Assembly: GCA_947491315.1 (NCBI GenBank)
Contig: CANLII010000003.1
Location: forward strand, 7,970-71,969
From: Ignavibacteria bacterium
GTDB lineage: Bacteria; Bacteroidota; Ignavibacteria; Kapaibacteriales; UBA961
Direction of reading: 5' to 3'
Length of the DNA: 64,000 nt
The notes below the pieces were generated by a model, which was not told where the DNA came from, made no database searches, and saw only the letters and a list, made by a program, of their open reading frames with translations. Shown piece by piece: positions 48,752 to 58,549 of the stretch. Position 1 is the stretch's first letter. Each line of letters starts with the position of its first letter. Position numbers and translations under genes: made by a program.

Positions 48752-50962
48752 ATGTGTAGATATCTCAAAATCATGCTTTCAGCATGGTTATGTGGTTTTG
48801 TCTTTGCACCCGCTTTCGCTCAACAAGATACCATTCGAGGCATTGTATTGAGTTCAATAGACTCAACAAGATTGCCGGGAGCAGCAGTTCTATGGAAAAA
48901 TTCTAGCAGTGGTGTGAGAGCCGATCAGCAAGGACAATTCGCGATCATACGGTCAACTGCATCCCAAATTGAATTGATTATTTCTTCTGTGGGTTATGCG
49001 AAGGACACAATTGAAATCAAGCAATACCAATCCGGAGAAGTAATCCGCATTACACTTGTTCCCGATGCACGGTCAGAATCGGTGATTGTTGAAGAATCAG
49101 GACTGCAATCCATAACCAAAGCTGAAATCAAAACTGAAAAAATCTCCTCCAGACAATTACGCGAATCCGCTTGTTGCTCTCTTGCGGAATCCTTCGAGCG
49201 AAGTCCATCTGTTGAAGTTTCCTATGCCGATGCCGCAACGGGTGCAAGGGTTATTCAATTGCTCGGCCTAAAAGGTATGTACACCCAAACCTTGCAGGAA
49301 GCTATTCCGGGATTGAAAGGTCTAGCCCTGCCATATGGTATGGATCTCATACCCGGCGCATTTCTTGAATCCATTAGTATTTCAAAAGGCGCGGCATCTG
49401 TCATGAATGGATATGAAGGAGTTGCAGGACTCATCAATATCGAAATGCTCAAACCCATCATGTCCCCCAGATTGTTTGTGAATGCCTATATCAATCAAAT
49501 GCAACGCTATGAGTTGAACCTCGCCTCAGCTTTTGAACCCGTGGATGGTCTGCATGCCATGCTTATGGTGCACGGAAGTACATTCAATCAAGAAATGGAT
49601 GGCAATAATGATGGATATATCGATATGCCATTATTCGATAAAATGAATGCAACTTTTCGCATGGAATATATGCAGGATGATATCGAATATCAATTCATGG
49701 GAAGATATGTCAATGATGATTATCGTGGGGGTATGACAAATGGTTTCGCGGAATCACAAGGCATAAATGATGTGTTCAAAAGCAATACATCGCTCGAGCG
49801 ATTTGAATTCATGTCCAAAATCGGATTCCTCGAATTGGATAATCCATTCGCTGAATCATTCGCAATTCAAATGGCAGGATCCCTTCATTCCATGGATTCT
49901 GAATTTGGAATAAGAAAGTATTCCGGAACACAACAAAGCGGATTCATTAAAGCAATTGCCGTAAAGAAAATTGCCGATGAACATAAATTGTGGTATGGCG
50001 TATCATATATGTATGATGTCTTTGATGAAAACTTCATGTCATTGGACAGAGACCGCATCGAATCTGTGCCAGGAATATTCGCGGAAAACACATTTACTCC
50101 GAGTGAACAATTGACAATTGTCACAGGGCTGAGAATTGATTATCACAATCTCTATGGACTTATCACTACGCCTAGAATGCATGTGAAATATGAACCGATT
50201 GATAATATGCAAATGCGTATGTCAGCCGGAAGTGGAATGCGCGTTGCGAATATCTTTGCCGATAATATGTCTTCATTCGTGAATAATCGAGCGATCATCA
50301 TTGATTCAGTATTGAATCCCGAAAAAGCATGGAATTATGGCGCTTCAATTACCTATTCAACTACAATTCTCGGATTGCCTTTCACATTTGATTCGGAACT
50401 CTATCAAACAAGATTTTTGAATCAAGTGAATACCGATCTTGATGCTTCCGCACGAACACTTCGCATCGTGAATGATTCAATGGCTTATGCAACTTCCCTG
50501 ATGCTTCAAATGCAAGTATTACCTTGGACTGGTTTTAAAATGAATCTTGCTTGGCGATACAATGACATGTGGCAAATGAGTGATCAAAGAATGCAAAGAA
50601 GAATTATGGTGAGTCCTCATAGAATATTGCTCACGATTTCTCAATCATTATTCAATGATCAACTACAATGCGATGTGACAACAATGTGGAATGGTGAGGG
50701 AAGACTTCCTGCACTTACGGAAAATCCTGAGGAATTTCGCATGAATGAAACATATCCCGCATTCATGCGCTTGAATGCACAATTGTCTTGGCGTACTCCT
50801 GCATTCGATGTGTATCTTGGTGCAGAGAATATCATGAATACTCTTCAAAATCATGTGATCATATCACCTGATAATCCTCGAAGTCCACTGTTTGAAGGTT
50901 CACTCGTTTGGGGTATGCTCGACAATCGCATGATCTATCTCGGCATGAGAGCTCAATTGTAA
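48752..50962 (+). CDS. TonB-dependent receptor (heavy-metal-associated type)
   Basis: Carboxypeptidase-regulatory-like N-domain, ACCSLAESFE, ISISKGAASV..GYE, PEKAWNYG, terminal beta-strand. Confidence 0.92.
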   Translation: MCRYLKIMLSAWLCGFVFAPAFAQQDTIRGIVLSSIDSTRLPGAAVLWKNSSSGVRADQQGQFAIIRSTASQIELIISSVGYAKDTIEIKQYQSGEVIRITLVPDARSESVIVEESGLQSITKAEIKTEKISSRQLRESACCSLAESFERSPSVEVSYADAATGARVIQLLGLKGMYTQTLQEAIPGLKGLALPYGMDLIPGAFLESISISKGAASVMNGYEGVAGLINIEMLKPIMSPRLFVNAYINQMQRYELNLASAFEPVDGLHAMLMVHGSTFNQEMDGNNDGYIDMPLFDKMNATFRMEYMQDDIEYQFMGRYVNDDYRGGMTNGFAESQGINDVFKSNTSLERFEFMSKIGFLELDNPFAESFAIQMAGSLHSMDSEFGIRKYSGTQQSGFIKAIAVKKIADEHKLWYGVSYMYDVFDENFMSLDRDRIESVPGIFAENTFTPSEQLTIVTGLRIDYHNLYGLITTPRMHVKYEPIDNMQMRMSAGSGMRVANIFADNMSSFVNNRAIIIDSVLNPEKAWNYGASITYSTTILGLPFTFDSELYQTRFLNQVNTDLDASARTLRIVNDSMAYATSLMLQMQVLPWTGFKMNLAWRYNDMWQMSDQRMQRRIMVSPHRILLTISQSLFNDQLQCDVTTMWNGEGRLPALTENPEEFRMNETYPAFMRLNAQLSWRTPAFDVYLGAENIMNTLQNHVIISPDNPRSPLFEGSLVWGMLDNRMIYLGMRAQL

Positions 50963-50972
50963 GGAAAGTCAG

Positions 50973-50980
50973 TAATTTTG
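50973..50980 (+). promoter_or_regulatory. Putative -7 element (TAATTTTG) for ribE-bshC
   Basis: TAnnTTTG match 30 nt upstream of ATG 51010. Confidence 0.5.
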
Positions 50981-51009
50981 CATGTCCTTATTCACAAATG
51001 GCTTTTGCT

Positions 51010-51651
51010 ATGTTCACAGGTTTGATTGAAGAAATTGGAGCGATAACAAATATCGAATCCAAAGGAAGTGGTCTGACATTGACCATCCAAGGAAATACCG
51101 TCATGAGTGATCTCGCGATTGATGATTCCATTTCCGTAAATGGTGCATGTCAAACAGTGATCGCAGTGCACGGGAATAAATTTCGTGTGGATACCGTGCA
51201 GGAAACATTGCTCAAGACAACTCTTGGCTCGTTAAAAGTGGGTGATTCCGTCAATCTTGAACGAGCATTGCAATTGAGCGATCGCCTGGGTGGACATATA
51301 GTGCAAGGTCATGTTGATTGTGTTGGCAGAGTGCAATCCATTGTGAATGTCTCCGGTGGTGGCTGGCAATTGTGGATCACATACCCAAATGAATATAGAA
51401 AATATGTTGTACCTGTAGGGTCAATTTGCATCAATGGGGTGAGTCTGACTGTTGCAAGAGTGAAGGATAATACCTGCATGATGGCAATCATTCCGCATAC
51501 ATTAGCTGTGACAACCATTGGCTCACTCACCGTGAATTCGCAAGTGAATCTCGAGTTTGACATTCTTGGAAAATATGTTGAGAATATGATTATTTATGCC
51601 GAAAAAAAGAGTTCGGTGTTTGATTCCTATCTTGATCAACCGGGAATGTGA
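51010..51651 (+). CDS. ribE: Riboflavin synthase (alpha chain)
   Basis: MFTGLIEE, SISVNGAC, VNLERA, GGHIVQGHVD, NGVSLTV, VNLEFD. Confidence 0.96.
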   Translation: MFTGLIEEIGAITNIESKGSGLTLTIQGNTVMSDLAIDDSISVNGACQTVIAVHGNKFRVDTVQETLLKTTLGSLKVGDSVNLERALQLSDRLGGHIVQGHVDCVGRVQSIVNVSGGGWQLWITYPNEYRKYVVPVGSICINGVSLTVARVKDNTCMMAIIPHTLAVTTIGSLTVNSQVNLEFDILGKYVENMIIYAEKKSSVFDSYLDQPGM

Positions 51652-53249
51652 ACATGAAAACAATGTCGCTAGATTCAGTGCCCGGTCTAAACCCTTTCTT
51701 CATTGAAAGCACCTCGTCAAAAGTGAATATCAATCCTGAATTGCTGAAAGAGAGAGCCGTGAAATTGGGTCCTGGTGCTGGCTTCATCATTGAAAAAACA
51801 ATGAGGAATATATCACTCAATGAAAAGCAACAGCATGGATTGAATCAACTGTTATCCGGAAAAGCAGTAGCGATGATCACGGGTCAGCAACCCGGTTTTC
51901 TTGGTGGCCCACTGTATTCATTGTATAAAGCAATGTCTTGCATTTCACTTGCAGAAACACATTCTACAGATGAATTGCCGATCATTCCGATTTTTTGGAT
52001 CGAAGACAATGATCATGATGGAGTTGAAGCAGGAACTGCGTCACTGATAGATCAATCAAGCGCAGTACATACCGTTCAGTGCGATGAGCTTGCACTCCTT
52101 CAAACACATATTCCGATTTCTGAAAGAGTATTTTCTAGTGAGATTTCTTCTGTGATAGAAAGCATTTCTCAATACTTGCCGAATTCAGAGTATGGACTGC
52201 AGATAATCCAAGAAATCAACATATTATATCAATCCGAAAAAAAATGGTCTGATTCATTCCTCGAGTATATGCAAGAGCGATGCGGTGAATTCGGATTGCT
52301 TTTCTTCTCATCATCGATAGCACGGAAAGAAGGATATTTCAAAGAACGAATATTGCATGAGATTTCACATTCGGGTGAATTGCAACAATGTGTTCTCGAA
52401 ACAAATGAATCATTGATGAAAAGAGGAATGAAGATTCAGGCCGAAGCCGGAATCATCAATGCATTTTACCATGATGATTCGGGCAGACATAAAATTGATT
52501 TAGATGAATCCGGTACTGTGAAACTTGGCGATGGTATCATATCAAAAGATGAGTGCATCAAACTGATACAATTACATCCTGAAAAATTCTCACCTTCTGT
52601 TTTGCTTAGACCCCTTATTCAAGATTCCATTATTCCAACGATAGGCATGATTGTAGGTCCTGGTGAGTTTGGATATATGTCGCAATTAAAACATGCATAT
52701 TCTGTATTGAATATTCCAATGCCTCAGTTGCATGGCAGACATTCAGTCACCATACTCATTCCATCGATTTCAAAATATCTGTCAAAACATGAACTTGAGC
52801 CGAACTTTTTTATGAGCATCATGAATGAAATCGAGCAGGATCTCTCTGTAAGATTTGCCCATGATACAGAAAGTGATGCATTGGTAGATGAATTGCGTTC
52901 TTCTGTTCAACAGTCACTGAGTATCATATCAAAACATATTGAAACAATTGATTCGTCATTGCAGGGCGCAGTTTCAGCAACAGAACATGGAATTGAAAAG
53001 TTGATTGATGGAATGCAGAAAAAGATGATTTCATCATCGAAAAAAAAGCAAGAAATTCTCTTTGGAAAGGCGCGTGAAGCTCATGCATGGATATATCCTC
53101 AAAATCATCTTCAGGAGAGATTCTTGAGTAGCATGACAGTAGAAGCAAGAGTAGGGAAGGAGATGTTCAGGGATATTCTCATTGCAATCAAAAATGCATC
53201 AAGGGAAATGCATGTATTGATTGATGTGCATGAAATGAAATCAATCTGA
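51648..53249 (+). CDS. bshC: Bacillithiol biosynthesis cysteine-adding enzyme BshC
   Basis: ITGQQPGFLGGPLYSLYK, PIFWIEDNDHD, FSPSVLLRP, GPGE..Y, LQER. Confidence 0.88.
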   Translation: MNMKTMSLDSVPGLNPFFIESTSSKVNINPELLKERAVKLGPGAGFIIEKTMRNISLNEKQQHGLNQLLSGKAVAMITGQQPGFLGGPLYSLYKAMSCISLAETHSTDELPIIPIFWIEDNDHDGVEAGTASLIDQSSAVHTVQCDELALLQTHIPISERVFSSEISSVIESISQYLPNSEYGLQIIQEINILYQSEKKWSDSFLEYMQERCGEFGLLFFSSSIARKEGYFKERILHEISHSGELQQCVLETNESLMKRGMKIQAEAGIINAFYHDDSGRHKIDLDESGTVKLGDGIISKDECIKLIQLHPEKFSPSVLLRPLIQDSIIPTIGMIVGPGEFGYMSQLKHAYSVLNIPMPQLHGRHSVTILIPSISKYLSKHELEPNFFMSIMNEIEQDLSVRFAHDTESDALVDELRSSVQQSLSIISKHIETIDSSLQGAVSATEHGIEKLIDGMQKKMISSSKKKQEILFGKAREAHAWIYPQNHLQERFLSSMTVEARVGKEMFRDILIAIKNASREMHVLIDVHEMKSI

Positions 53250-53251
53250 AA

Positions 53252-54226
53252 TCAGGATGCTCTTTCAATCACGAAATGAGCAAAGTCTGTTAATGCAGTT
53301 TTATAGGCTGATTCGGGGAATATTTCCAGCAATTGTATGGCCTCTTCAATCAAGGCTTCGGATTTACCTTGAGCATATTCAATGCCGCCTTGTTGCTTCA
53401 CAAATGACATGATATGTGCAATGTCTGCGGATTGCAAATTTCCATTTTTGATCATTCTTACAATGCTTTTTGATTCGTTTTTTGAAGCGGATCGCAAGGC
53501 ATAAATGAGTGGCAATGTAATTTTCTTTTCTTTCAAATCATTTGCATAGGGTTTGCCGATCAAATTCGTTCTACTCACATAATCGAGCAAATCATCACGA
53601 ATTTGAAAAGCTAGTCCAACCAATTCTCCAAATCTGGTGATATTGTCAATGCTTTGTGCATCAAGCGTTGCGCTTCTTGCTCCAATCTCACAACAGGTGC
53701 TGATCAGAGATGCCGTTTTATCACCAATGATTTTGAAGTATGTTTCTTCATCAATATTCAATTGCCGACTTTTCTGCATTTGCAGAAGTTCGCCCTCGCT
53801 CATTCTTTGCACTGCCTTGCTAGTGGCCTTCAAAAAGGCAAATTCTTCATTGTCTACAGCTAAGTGAAGTCCTCTCGAAAGCAGATAATCACCAACCAAT
53901 ACTGATGCCTTGTTTTTCCATAATGCATTGATTGAAGGCATTCCTCTTCTTTCACCCGCATCATCCACCACATCATCATGAACCAATGTTGCCGTGTGCA
54001 GTAATTCCACCATAGAAGCTCCCACGAGTGTCCTATTTGTTGTACCACCACATAACTCGGCACTGAGGAAAACAAGAGTGGGACGCACTCTTTTGCCTCT
54101 TTGGCGGAGAATATAGCGGATTACAAGATTCAGCAGTGGCACTTCAGTCCGCATTTGATCTCTGAAATACGGATGAAATGTATCAAGTTGATGACTGACG
54201 ACACTACTGATTTTGCCTATGGACAT
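53252..54226 (-). CDS. Polyprenyl diphosphate synthase
   Basis: GKRVRP, ELLHTATLVHDDVVD, RRG, KTASL, FQIRDDLLD. Confidence 0.95.
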   Translation of the reverse strand: MSIGKISSVVSHQLDTFHPYFRDQMRTEVPLLNLVIRYILRQRGKRVRPTLVFLSAELCGGTTNRTLVGASMVELLHTATLVHDDVVDDAGERRGMPSINALWKNKASVLVGDYLLSRGLHLAVDNEEFAFLKATSKAVQRMSEGELLQMQKSRQLNIDEETYFKIIGDKTASLISTCCEIGARSATLDAQSIDNITRFGELVGLAFQIRDDLLDYVSRTNLIGKPYANDLKEKKITLPLIYALRSASKNESKSIVRMIKNGNLQSADIAHIMSFVKQQGGIEYAQGKSEALIEEAIQLLEIFPESAYKTALTDFAHFVIERAS

Positions 54227-54231
54227 GAGTT

Positions 54232-54987
54232 CTACTCAATTGGTGTGACCGGCTCTTCCTTTTTACGGGCAAAAACCGTTACAAGAATACTGATTTCATA
54301 AAGAACCATGAGAGGTGCTGCAAAAACAAGTTGGCTTACTGGGTCTGTGCTGGGAGTCAATGCCGCGGCCAAAATAAGAATGACAACAATGGAATGTCTG
54401 CGATACTTGCGAAGCATTTCCGGACTGATTATGCCTATTTTTGAAAGGATATACGCAATCATCGGCAATTCGAAAATCAATCCTGCACTTAAAAGTGTTG
54501 TGGTGATGAAACTGAAATACTCTGTTACATCAATACTGTTCTTAATAAGGTTAGAACCGAAGGAGGCAGTGAAAGAAAGCATTACGGGAATCATGATCCA
54601 ATATGCAAATGCAACTCCGACCAGAAAGCAAAAAGAAGTATATATCGTAATTTTTCCTGCCCAACGCCTTTCTTTCTCATAGAGTCCAGGTGCAATGAAT
54701 TTCCAAAGCTGATATAAAGTATATGGCATAGAAATAATTAATCCTGCCATAATAACAACTTTGAAGTAGAGAAAGGCTTGGCCAAAAGGACGGAGATTCT
54801 GTAATTCCATGTTCACGGAAGCGGCAGGCTTCAACAAGACCCAATTCATGAGTTGATCAACAAAAGCCCCAGCAATGATGCAACCAATCACTAATCCAAG
54901 AACCGCAAGACCAATTCTTAGTCGCAATTCCTCGAGATGATCAAAAAAACTCATTTCAAACTGCCCACCGGCAGGATTCTTGGCCAT
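54232..54987 (-). CDS. tatC: Twin-arginine translocase TatC
   Basis: SFFDHLEELR, WKFIAPGLY..E, FELP, TPSTDP, LYEISI. Confidence 0.97.
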   Translation of the reverse strand: MAKNPAGGQFEMSFFDHLEELRLRIGLAVLGLVIGCIIAGAFVDQLMNWVLLKPAASVNMELQNLRPFGQAFLYFKVVIMAGLIISMPYTLYQLWKFIAPGLYEKERRWAGKITIYTSFCFLVGVAFAYWIMIPVMLSFTASFGSNLIKNSIDVTEYFSFITTTLLSAGLIFELPMIAYILSKIGIISPEMLRKYRRHSIVVILILAAALTPSTDPVSQLVFAAPLMVLYEISILVTVFARKKEEPVTPIE

Positions 54988-54999
54988 GTGTCTATCCAG

Positions 55000-55550
55000 T
55001 GAATCTCATTCACATGAAATTCATGAGAAAGCGTGTAGAAGAAAATGATAGTGAATTGATGTAATTTTTCAACTCACCGCAAAAATACGACAATAAGCAT
55101 AGCCGACCAACGAAGTCACAATAGCAGACCAAACCTCGTTTTGTAAAGAACCACTGAATTTCCCAAATGCAAATACATGTGGAAAATCTCCTAAATCCCT
55201 GATAATATCTGACATTCAGACTTTTGTGCATCGAATGTATGCACAATTTAGGGGTGCTTTTGCCATACATGTTTGATGAATACATCCTCTTTTGTCTTTT
55301 GATGAAAAAGCAAGTGTTTTTTTTAAAAAAAAGAAAATTTTCTTGTTGCATTCATGTGGAAAAATTTTCCATTTTTGCATCCCGGTTTTGCAGAACTCTC
55401 AGTATGATCCCCACGGATAGACTCCATCCCCAGTGGTTTGTCCGCATCTGTTTGTTTTTTATACCGTGCTCAATATACCCATAGTAATATCTATGGGGAA
55501 TTTCCCTTGGCATTTGCCGTGGGTGATCACAGCTATGGAAAGGAGTATCC
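55000..55550. other. Candidate oriC / dnaA regulatory region
   Basis: ~550 bp gap before dnaA with consensus DnaA boxes TGTGGAAAA at 55178 and 55355, degenerate boxes at 55237 and 55438, and an A/T-run segment at ~55290-55345. Confidence 0.55.
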
Positions 55551-55552
55551 AA

Positions 55553-57088
55553 TTGGCTAGAAAACGCGACACAATTGATTTGTTTCCGGTTAACAAGGAA
55601 ACACGCCCCGATATTATTAAGAAGAACTCAGTTGATAATTCAAATAACCTTATTGGCGAGATTGGCCAGTCTACAAGGCCTTTGAGTCCTCAAGCCATTG
55701 AGTATTGGGAAGGTATGTCGAGGTTGATTCGTGACAATGTTTCTTCACAGATGTGGAAGACATGGTTTGAACTCATTAAACCTTTATCATGGGAAGATCA
55801 AACCCTCACGATTGAAGTTCCTAGTCAATTCTTTGTGGAATGGATCGAAGAGCATTATCGCGACCTTTTGCGCAAAACTCTTAGCCAAGCTGCCGGAGAG
55901 CAGGCTTCTTTGCGGTATGAAGTTGTTGTGAGCAAAGGTGAGACTTCTCTTGAGGATAGAACCATTCGCATCCCGGCTCTAAGAAATACGCCGGCCACAG
56001 GCAATCAATCCGTTTTGCACTTTGCCGGTCAGAACAAACAAGCAGAGCCTGATTTTGAATTTCTTTCTGCACTCAATCAGCGTTATGTCTTCAATAATTT
56101 TGTTCGAGGAGATAGTAATCAATTAGCTGCTTCGGCTGCTTTTGCTGTTGCTGAAAGACCAGGTAAGACAAATTTCAATCCCCTTTTCATTTATGGTGGA
56201 ACAGGATTGGGCAAAACCCATCTTGCGCAAGCTATAGGTAATTATATCGTCGCTCAAAAGTCGGGTGCAAGAGTTCTCTATACAAATAGTGAGCGATTCA
56301 CTTTTGAGTATGTGAATGCCATTCAGAATAATAAATTAAATGAATTCACGAATTTCTATCGAAGCGTTGATGTATTGATTGTTGATGATATTCAATTCCT
56401 TGGTGGAAAAGAAAAAACACAAGATCATTTCTTCCATACATTCAATGCATTGCATTTATCAGGTAAACAAGTTGTTCTTACAAGTGATAAACCACCAAAA
56501 GAATTGCTTGATATTGATGTTCGATTAATTTCAAGATTTCAATGGGGATTGTCTGCAGATATTCAACTTCCTGATTTTGAAATGCGCTTGGCGATTCTGC
56601 AGAAAAAATCTCAAGATGAAGGTTTTGAATTGGTACCTGAAATTGCAGAGTATATTGCCAAAAACATCAATGGCAATGTAAGAGAGCTAGAAGGTGCATT
56701 GATTAAATTGATAGCGAAGATTTCACTTGATAGTCGCGTGATGGGACTTGATCTTGCGAAGGAAGTTGTGCAAGGAATTGCAGGGACCACCGCTCGTCAA
56801 CTCAGCATGGATTCTATAGCAGTTGAAGTATCATCATATTATCAAATCCCTGTTGAATTACTATCTGCAAAAACACGCAAACACGAAGTTGTAATTGCAA
56901 GACAAATGACAATGTATCTCATCAAAATGTTGATTGGGACCTCGCTGAAAAGCATTGGTGCGCATTTCGGTGGAAGAGATCATACAACGGTTTTGCATTC
57001 ATGTCAAACTATCGACAATTATCTCGGACATGATATAAAAGTTAGAACGGCACTTGAAACATTGAAGAGCAATCTATTGAATCGTTGA
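55553..57088 (+). CDS. dnaA: Chromosomal replication initiator DnaA
   Basis: FNPLFIYGGTGLGKTHL, VDDIQF, FFHTFNAL, NVRELEGAL, FGGRDHTTVLH; likely TTG start at 55553 after AGGAG. Confidence 0.98.
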   Translation: MARKRDTIDLFPVNKETRPDIIKKNSVDNSNNLIGEIGQSTRPLSPQAIEYWEGMSRLIRDNVSSQMWKTWFELIKPLSWEDQTLTIEVPSQFFVEWIEEHYRDLLRKTLSQAAGEQASLRYEVVVSKGETSLEDRTIRIPALRNTPATGNQSVLHFAGQNKQAEPDFEFLSALNQRYVFNNFVRGDSNQLAASAAFAVAERPGKTNFNPLFIYGGTGLGKTHLAQAIGNYIVAQKSGARVLYTNSERFTFEYVNAIQNNKLNEFTNFYRSVDVLIVDDIQFLGGKEKTQDHFFHTFNALHLSGKQVVLTSDKPPKELLDIDVRLISRFQWGLSADIQLPDFEMRLAILQKKSQDEGFELVPEIAEYIAKNINGNVRELEGALIKLIAKISLDSRVMGLDLAKEVVQGIAGTTARQLSMDSIAVEVSSYYQIPVELLSAKTRKHEVVIARQMTMYLIKMLIGTSLKSIGAHFGGRDHTTVLHSCQTIDNYLGHDIKVRTALETLKSNLLNR

Positions 57089-57109
57089 ACTAGATATGAG
57101 AATTACGTA

Positions 57110-57140
57110 TAAAAAAACCGTCCAATGGACGGTTTTTTTT
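57110..57140. terminator. Bidirectional terminator between dnaA and smpB
   Basis: AAAAAAACCGTCCA/TGGACGGTTTTTTT. Confidence 0.88.
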
Positions 57141-57610
57141 TATTCTCCTCGGCGTAAATCACGCTCTATGTCTTTCTTCTTGAGGTCTTCTCTTTTATCG
57201 TGTAATTTCTTTCCACGAACGATTGCTATTTCAACTTTTACATAAGGTCCAGAAAAATACATGGAGAGTGGAATAACAGTCATTCCTTTTTCTTGAATTG
57301 CCTGCTTGAGTTTTGTGCTTTCTTTATCATGCAAAAGTAAAACGCGAGCCTGAGTTGGATTGTGATTTTCTCTATTGCCATGATCATAAGGACTAATATG
57401 AGCTCCCATTAACTTTGGTGCTCTTGCATATTTTGATTCATACAATACATAGCTATCTTGCAAATTGCATTTCCCGGCACGAAGCGATTTCACTTCAGTA
57501 CCCGTGAGTATAATTCCGGCTTCTAGAGTTGAAATTATCTCAAAGTCATGCCTAGCCTTTCGATTTTGCGCAATGACTTTAGTTTTTCTTTGTTCCGGTT
57601 TATCCGACAT
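57140..57610 (-). CDS. smpB: SsrA-binding protein
   Basis: NRKARHDF, EAGIILTGTEVKSLR, GKKLHDKR. Confidence 0.97.
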   Translation of the reverse strand: MSDKPEQRKTKVIAQNRKARHDFEIISTLEAGIILTGTEVKSLRAGKCNLQDSYVLYESKYARAPKLMGAHISPYDHGNRENHNPTQARVLLLHDKESTKLKQAIQEKGMTVIPLSMYFSGPYVKVEIAIVRGKKLHDKREDLKKKDIERDLRRGE

Positions 57611-57658
57611 ATTTACATACTCAAAAATTGGAATGTGCTTGACGCTCAGAGTTGAATA

Positions 57659-58441
57659 TCATTGCCCCGACTGTACATTCATGCAATGATACAGAGCAAT
57701 GCCAGTGGCAATCCCCACATTTAAAGATTTCGCAGAGCCCTTTCCATCAATGCGAATCGGCTTTGTGATGCATGATACTGTTTCAGGTGATAAACCGTGC
57801 GATTCACTACCCATGATCAAACCCCATGCATTTGGTAATTGATGAATATCCTTCAATAATGCATTGCTTTCTACTATCAGCCCAAACAATTCTCCATCCT
57901 GATATTGTGCTTTCCATTCATTTAAGAATTCAGAAAGTGATCTTTCAATATGTACATGAACCCGTAATATAGAACCCATGGATGCACGAATTGCTTTCGG
58001 ACTGAATGGATCGGCACAATTTCCACCAAGAATTACATGTTTCATTCCAAACCAATCGGCTGATCGTAAAATTGTGCCGAGATTTCCGGGATCATTGATG
58101 TGTTCTAATGCCAGAAATGTTGGTGACAAAATTCGAGGTAATTCGGGCATATCCACGATCGCAAACATATCTTGAGGATTGGTTGCATCGCTCATTCTCG
58201 AAAATGCAGTTGTGCCTGCTTTTAAAACTTCAATACCTGCTTGTTCATATTCCTCTGCTAATGACAATGCCGATGACGAGGCATCATCGGAAATTACGGC
58301 ATATTGAATAATGAAGCTCGAGGAAAGCAATTCAGAGCATATTTTCAATCCCTCGGCAATAAATCTGCCTTGCTCTTCACGCTCTTTTTTCTTGTCAAGA
58401 ACTCTGATTCTAGCTTGCTCTGCTTTGGAAAGATATTCCAT
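57659..58441 (-). CDS. TrmH/SpoU-family RNA methyltransferase
   Basis: DPGNLGTILRSADWFG, RASMGS, MGSESHG, SLNVGIA. Confidence 0.93.
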   Translation of the reverse strand: MEYLSKAEQARIRVLDKKKEREEQGRFIAEGLKICSELLSSSFIIQYAVISDDASSSALSLAEEYEQAGIEVLKAGTTAFSRMSDATNPQDMFAIVDMPELPRILSPTFLALEHINDPGNLGTILRSADWFGMKHVILGGNCADPFSPKAIRASMGSILRVHVHIERSLSEFLNEWKAQYQDGELFGLIVESNALLKDIHQLPNAWGLIMGSESHGLSPETVSCITKPIRIDGKGSAKSLNVGIATGIALYHCMNVQSGQ

Positions 58442-58470
58442 GTATAGTACTCATATTTGAAATCAATATA

Positions 58471-58527
58471 CAAATCTACAATCTATGTGCATGAGTAAGA
58501 AACAATCGATCAAGGTTTATAGTTTTG
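58471..58527. promoter_or_regulatory. Divergent -7 elements (TAGATTTG minus at 58471; TAGTTTTG plus at 58520)
   Basis: Two TAnnTTTG matches, one oriented toward the trmH-like gene and one toward hrcA. Confidence 0.5.
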
Positions 58528-58549
58528 TAAGAACTCGTAAATTGCCTGT

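Noticed and set aside
50963..51009. FMN riboswitch before ribE
   Set aside because: The spacer is only 47 bp and lacks the motif.
55010..55552. Short ORFs upstream of dnaA and the 55433 extension of dnaA
   Set aside because: Low-complexity translations over a DnaA-box-rich, AT-rich regulatory region.
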